Of a stretch of 64,000 nt of DNA, positions 61,145-64,000 are shown piece by piece. Source of the stretch: an uncultured Verrucomicrobiae bacterium. Lineage in GTDB: Bacteria; Verrucomicrobiota; Verrucomicrobiia; Palsa-1439. A model generated the notes under the pieces. It was not told the origin of the DNA. It saw only the letters and a program-made list of their open reading frames with translations, and did no database searches. The translations under genes were made by a program, and so were the position numbers. The stretch lies in contig CAWEWF010000006.1 in assembly GCA_963812605.1 (NCBI GenBank), forward strand, positions 96,001 through 160,000. Reading direction: 5' to 3'. Positions within the stretch are counted from its first letter, which is position 1; each line of letters starts with the position of its first letter.

Positions 61145-61301
61145 AAAATCGATCGTCGCCTTCGTTGCCGCCTTGGTGATTGCCACAGTGGTTGGCGCCG
61201 TGCTCACCGCGCGGCAGGCTAATCCAAGGCGGGCAACTTCTCCAGCCGCCCAAATCAATAAGGCGTTGAATCTCGCCACCGCGTCGCCGCACTTCCCTTA
61301 A
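61137..61301 (+). CDS. Small membrane-anchored protein, possible entry exclusion
   Basis: 54 aa with N-terminal TM between virB5-like and virB6-like genes. Confidence 0.4.
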   Translation: MSKKSIVAFVAALVIATVVGAVLTARQANPRRATSPAAQINKALNLATASPHFP

Positions 61302-61311
61302 TGGTAGTTGC

Positions 61312-62457
61312 ATGAACAACTTCGACACTCTATTTCCGAACTTTGCGGCAAGTTGCTCCGCCTTGAAATCGGTGTTGATGCCGGTGGCGTATCTACTTCT
61401 CGTCACCGGCATGGTGTTGTCCATGATCGCGGGTCGGCGCAGCGCCGGGCCCGTCCTACGAGGGCTGGGACGGACCATCGTGTACATCATCGTCCTCACG
61501 CAGTTGGTGAATTGGGGCAATCAGATTGCCACCATTATCGATAGCACGGTCACCAATGTTCTTCACGCCGATCCCAGTAACGTGTACCAGCAATACAATC
61601 AGGCGTTGCAGGCCCAGCAATCCACTACGTCTCAAAACAGTTGGTGGGAAAGACTGTTTAATGTGGGCACGTCCATCTTTGAGGCGCTTATCTCTGGCCT
61701 GCTCTGGATCTTCGGTTTACTGGCCAGTGTCATTGTTTTCTACGCCTACCTGGTCCAAAAGTTCATTCTCTACCTCGGCTACGCTCTCTCGCCGATCTTC
61801 ATCGGCTTTCTGGCGATTCGCGCCCTGAACCAAATCGGTACGAACTATCTGTTGTCGCTCGTCGGGGTCATGCTCTGGCCACTCGGCTGGGCGGCAGCCT
61901 CACTGGTCACGGGAGGATTGATCACTTTCATGACCGACCAGAGTTTTCTTTGGAATCAGTCGCTTGGCGGGGCGGCGGGGTACGCGTTTCAGAATTTCAT
62001 CGGGGTCGCTGCGCTCGGCCTGTGGGTGATCTTCAGCACCATTGCCGCGCCTCTCATCATTCAACGAGCCATCACTCACGGCATTCAGGCCGGTGCCGCT
62101 CTGGTCAGCGGAGTGACTACCGCCGCGACCACTGCCGCCACTGGCGGATTCATTGCGGCCGGAACTTTCGGAGCAGGTGGAGGCGTTACCGGGGCGGTGA
62201 TGGCCGCCGCCGGTGGTGTCACGGCAGCCGGGGCCACGCTGGTTGGTTCTTCAATCAGCGGTAGCACGTACTCGCCGACAGGCTCGATGATTACGGCCTT
62301 GGGGCAGATGCGCAACGCAGGTGCGGGTGGGAAGAAGCATGGAAGTGACGATACGACCAAAACAACACAAGCGCCGGCCACCATGGACACAAGTGGCGAC
62401 AATGCCGTGCAAGCGTTGCTGCGCAAAACGAAGAACCCGCACACCCCATCAGCATGA
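61312..62457 (+). CDS. VirB6/TrbL-like protein
   Basis: Multi-TM core, LSPIFIGF, Gly/Ala-rich tail. Confidence 0.75.
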   Translation: MNNFDTLFPNFAASCSALKSVLMPVAYLLLVTGMVLSMIAGRRSAGPVLRGLGRTIVYIIVLTQLVNWGNQIATIIDSTVTNVLHADPSNVYQQYNQALQAQQSTTSQNSWWERLFNVGTSIFEALISGLLWIFGLLASVIVFYAYLVQKFILYLGYALSPIFIGFLAIRALNQIGTNYLLSLVGVMLWPLGWAAASLVTGGLITFMTDQSFLWNQSLGGAAGYAFQNFIGVAALGLWVIFSTIAAPLIIQRAITHGIQAGAALVSGVTTAATTAATGGFIAAGTFGAGGGVTGAVMAAAGGVTAAGATLVGSSISGSTYSPTGSMITALGQMRNAGAGGKKHGSDDTTKTTQAPATMDTSGDNAVQALLRKTKNPHTPSA

Positions 62458-63122
62458 ACACACTTGAGACAAAGCTCCGAGAAACCCCGGTGCCGAAAAC
62501 CGAGCGGCCCAATCTGTCCCGCAAGAAATTCGATCCGACGCGCATCTTCGTCGACCGGGACCGGCTCGCATGGTTCTGGTTTGTCGTGGCCGCACTGATT
62601 CTCGTGGGAGCGGCCATTGACCGCTTCTTTCTGGTGCAGACGTTCAAGCAGCGCGAGCGCGTGGTCGTTCTTGATCCATCCGGTACATTTCACCTTGCGC
62701 CACTACTGAAATTCGAGGAGGCCAAAGACCTCCACGCGGAGCAAAGCACACTGGCCACCGTCGCCTTTCTGGAGCGCAACCCCAAAGGCTTTGACCACGA
62801 TGATCTGCTAAAGCAGATGTTCTTGAAGAACGCCCTGGTCAAGGCTCAGACCTTACAGACTTTGGAAGGGGCGGAGTTCGTCGCGAAGCAACTGCATCAG
62901 AAAGTCGAGATTGCCAAAATCACGATTCTCCAGACCCGCGAGAACTTCGTTCTGACCCAGGTGAGCGGGCAACTCGTGCGCACTGGCATTTTCCAGGACA
63001 GAGCCTTCGCCGAAGCTGTCCCCTTCACCCTCGCCTTCAAGTTCCAGCGCAACCCCAATATGGTCCAGAACGGCAGATTCCCAACTGCCGTGTCCGACTT
63101 CAAATATGAAACATCTCCCTAA
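62454..63122 (+). CDS. VirB8-like protein
   Basis: Single N-terminal TM, VVVLD..G, operon position. Confidence 0.6.
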   Translation: MNTLETKLRETPVPKTERPNLSRKKFDPTRIFVDRDRLAWFWFVVAALILVGAAIDRFFLVQTFKQRERVVVLDPSGTFHLAPLLKFEEAKDLHAEQSTLATVAFLERNPKGFDHDDLLKQMFLKNALVKAQTLQTLEGAEFVAKQLHQKVEIAKITILQTRENFVLTQVSGQLVRTGIFQDRAFAEAVPFTLAFKFQRNPNMVQNGRFPTAVSDFKYETSP

Positions 63123-63993
63123 ACACATCGCCCTGCTATTCTTGCTGGGCCTTCAGTCAAGCTCCGCAAGGGGAGCCAACCCCATCGCGGAATACCGCCT
63201 GGACGAACATACCGTGTATCCAATCCCGGTATCCCGCAGCCACGTGACAACGATCAGTTTCCCCGGGCCGATCTCGGCGATTGATGCGGCGAATGTCACG
63301 AGCGACCCAAAAATCCCCGGACTGTTTCAAATCGCCCACACGAAGGGCTCGTATTTTGTGTCTGTGAGGGCGTTGGTCGATAGGGCGACGACCAATATGA
63401 ACATTCGGTGGAACAAGAAGACCTACGTGATCGAATTGGTCGAGAGTTCCTCACCGCTTTACTCCGTGATCTTTCAATACGACGCCGACGCCGACATCCA
63501 CCCCACCTCTGGTCGTGTCACACCGAACCGCCTAATAGCGCTCCTGGACAAGGCCAAGGCCTATCCGTTTCTCAAGGAGTACCACGCCGATGCCGTTGCC
63601 CAGGTCGACTATGTTAATTTCAGCAAGAACCCGCGTGTCCTGGACTACCGGGATTACGAGGTTCAACTCGACGAGGTTTTCCGGTTTAACCCCGAGGACA
63701 CGCTGATTTTCCGGATCCTCCTGCGCAACAATACCGACCAGCCGATTCAATATCGGCCCGAAGGCTTTTCACTCCGCGTCGGTGAACGGACATATCCAGA
63801 ATCGATCAGCGACGCGAGCGGCACAATCCCGCCGCAAGGCCAGGCGCCTGCGTACTTTGCCGTAACCGGGACACCCAACGGCGGACGCAATGACCTGTCT
63901 CTGAAGAACGATTTCACAGTCCTTCTCGACCGCATCGAGATGAACACACCACCGCCAAAACCGGTGCAGACCAAATCGAAACCGTTGAAATGA
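63106..63993 (+). CDS. VirB9/TraK-like outer core protein
   Basis: Signal peptide, VY.IPV....TTISFP, TNMNI; the next ATG overlaps at 63990. Confidence 0.6.
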   Translation: MKHLPKHIALLFLLGLQSSSARGANPIAEYRLDEHTVYPIPVSRSHVTTISFPGPISAIDAANVTSDPKIPGLFQIAHTKGSYFVSVRALVDRATTNMNIRWNKKTYVIELVESSSPLYSVIFQYDADADIHPTSGRVTPNRLIALLDKAKAYPFLKEYHADAVAQVDYVNFSKNPRVLDYRDYEVQLDEVFRFNPEDTLIFRILLRNNTDQPIQYRPEGFSLRVGERTYPESISDASGTIPPQGQAPAYFAVTGTPNGGRNDLSLKNDFTVLLDRIEMNTPPPKPVQTKSKPLK

Positions 63994-64000
63994 ACCCACG

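Larger units (their letters stand above)
3719..64000. mobile_element. Integrative conjugative element / genomic island (right end beyond the window)
   Basis: Starts at a broken tRNA; contains excisionase-like HTH, MOBF relaxase, coupling protein, VirB-like operon and cargo. Confidence 0.75.

Noticed and set aside
3719-64000. Integrase, transposase or prophage genes
   Set aside because: No recombinase, DDE or phage structural motifs recognised in this window.

Overview
Bacterial chromosomal window, probably Verrucomicrobiota (inferred from the conjugation gene set and a LexA-type box; not verified by search). The first ~3.7 kb is core genome: rpsA, a hicB-hicA pair and tyrS. These are followed by a cluster of four tRNA-Pro-derived units around a small GIY-YIG nuclease. 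Three of the units have the anticodon arm replaced by a TCCCGAGC-loop-GCTCGGGA hairpin. The fourth is a tRNA-Pro(TGG) 5' half broken in the anticodon loop, the likely left end of an integrative conjugative element (ICE) that fills the rest of the window. The ICE carries an excisionase-like operon, LexA with a single-chain DinB-DnaE2 double polymerase, an MmcB-like nuclease, SRAP, UdgX, Ku and LigD, general-stress and two-component cargo, a MOBF relaxase region, a truncated coupling protein, rearranged defence-gene fragments and a VirB-like T4SS operon that runs off the right edge. Two dispersed regulatory motifs were seen: TGTTCCCAAACGGGAACA (3 copies at ICE core promoters) and TAGG-N7-CCTA (7 perfect copies upstream of cargo genes). 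Many genes contain small frameshifts that may be assembly errors. No integrase is visible in this window. All product calls come from motif recognition, not database searches.
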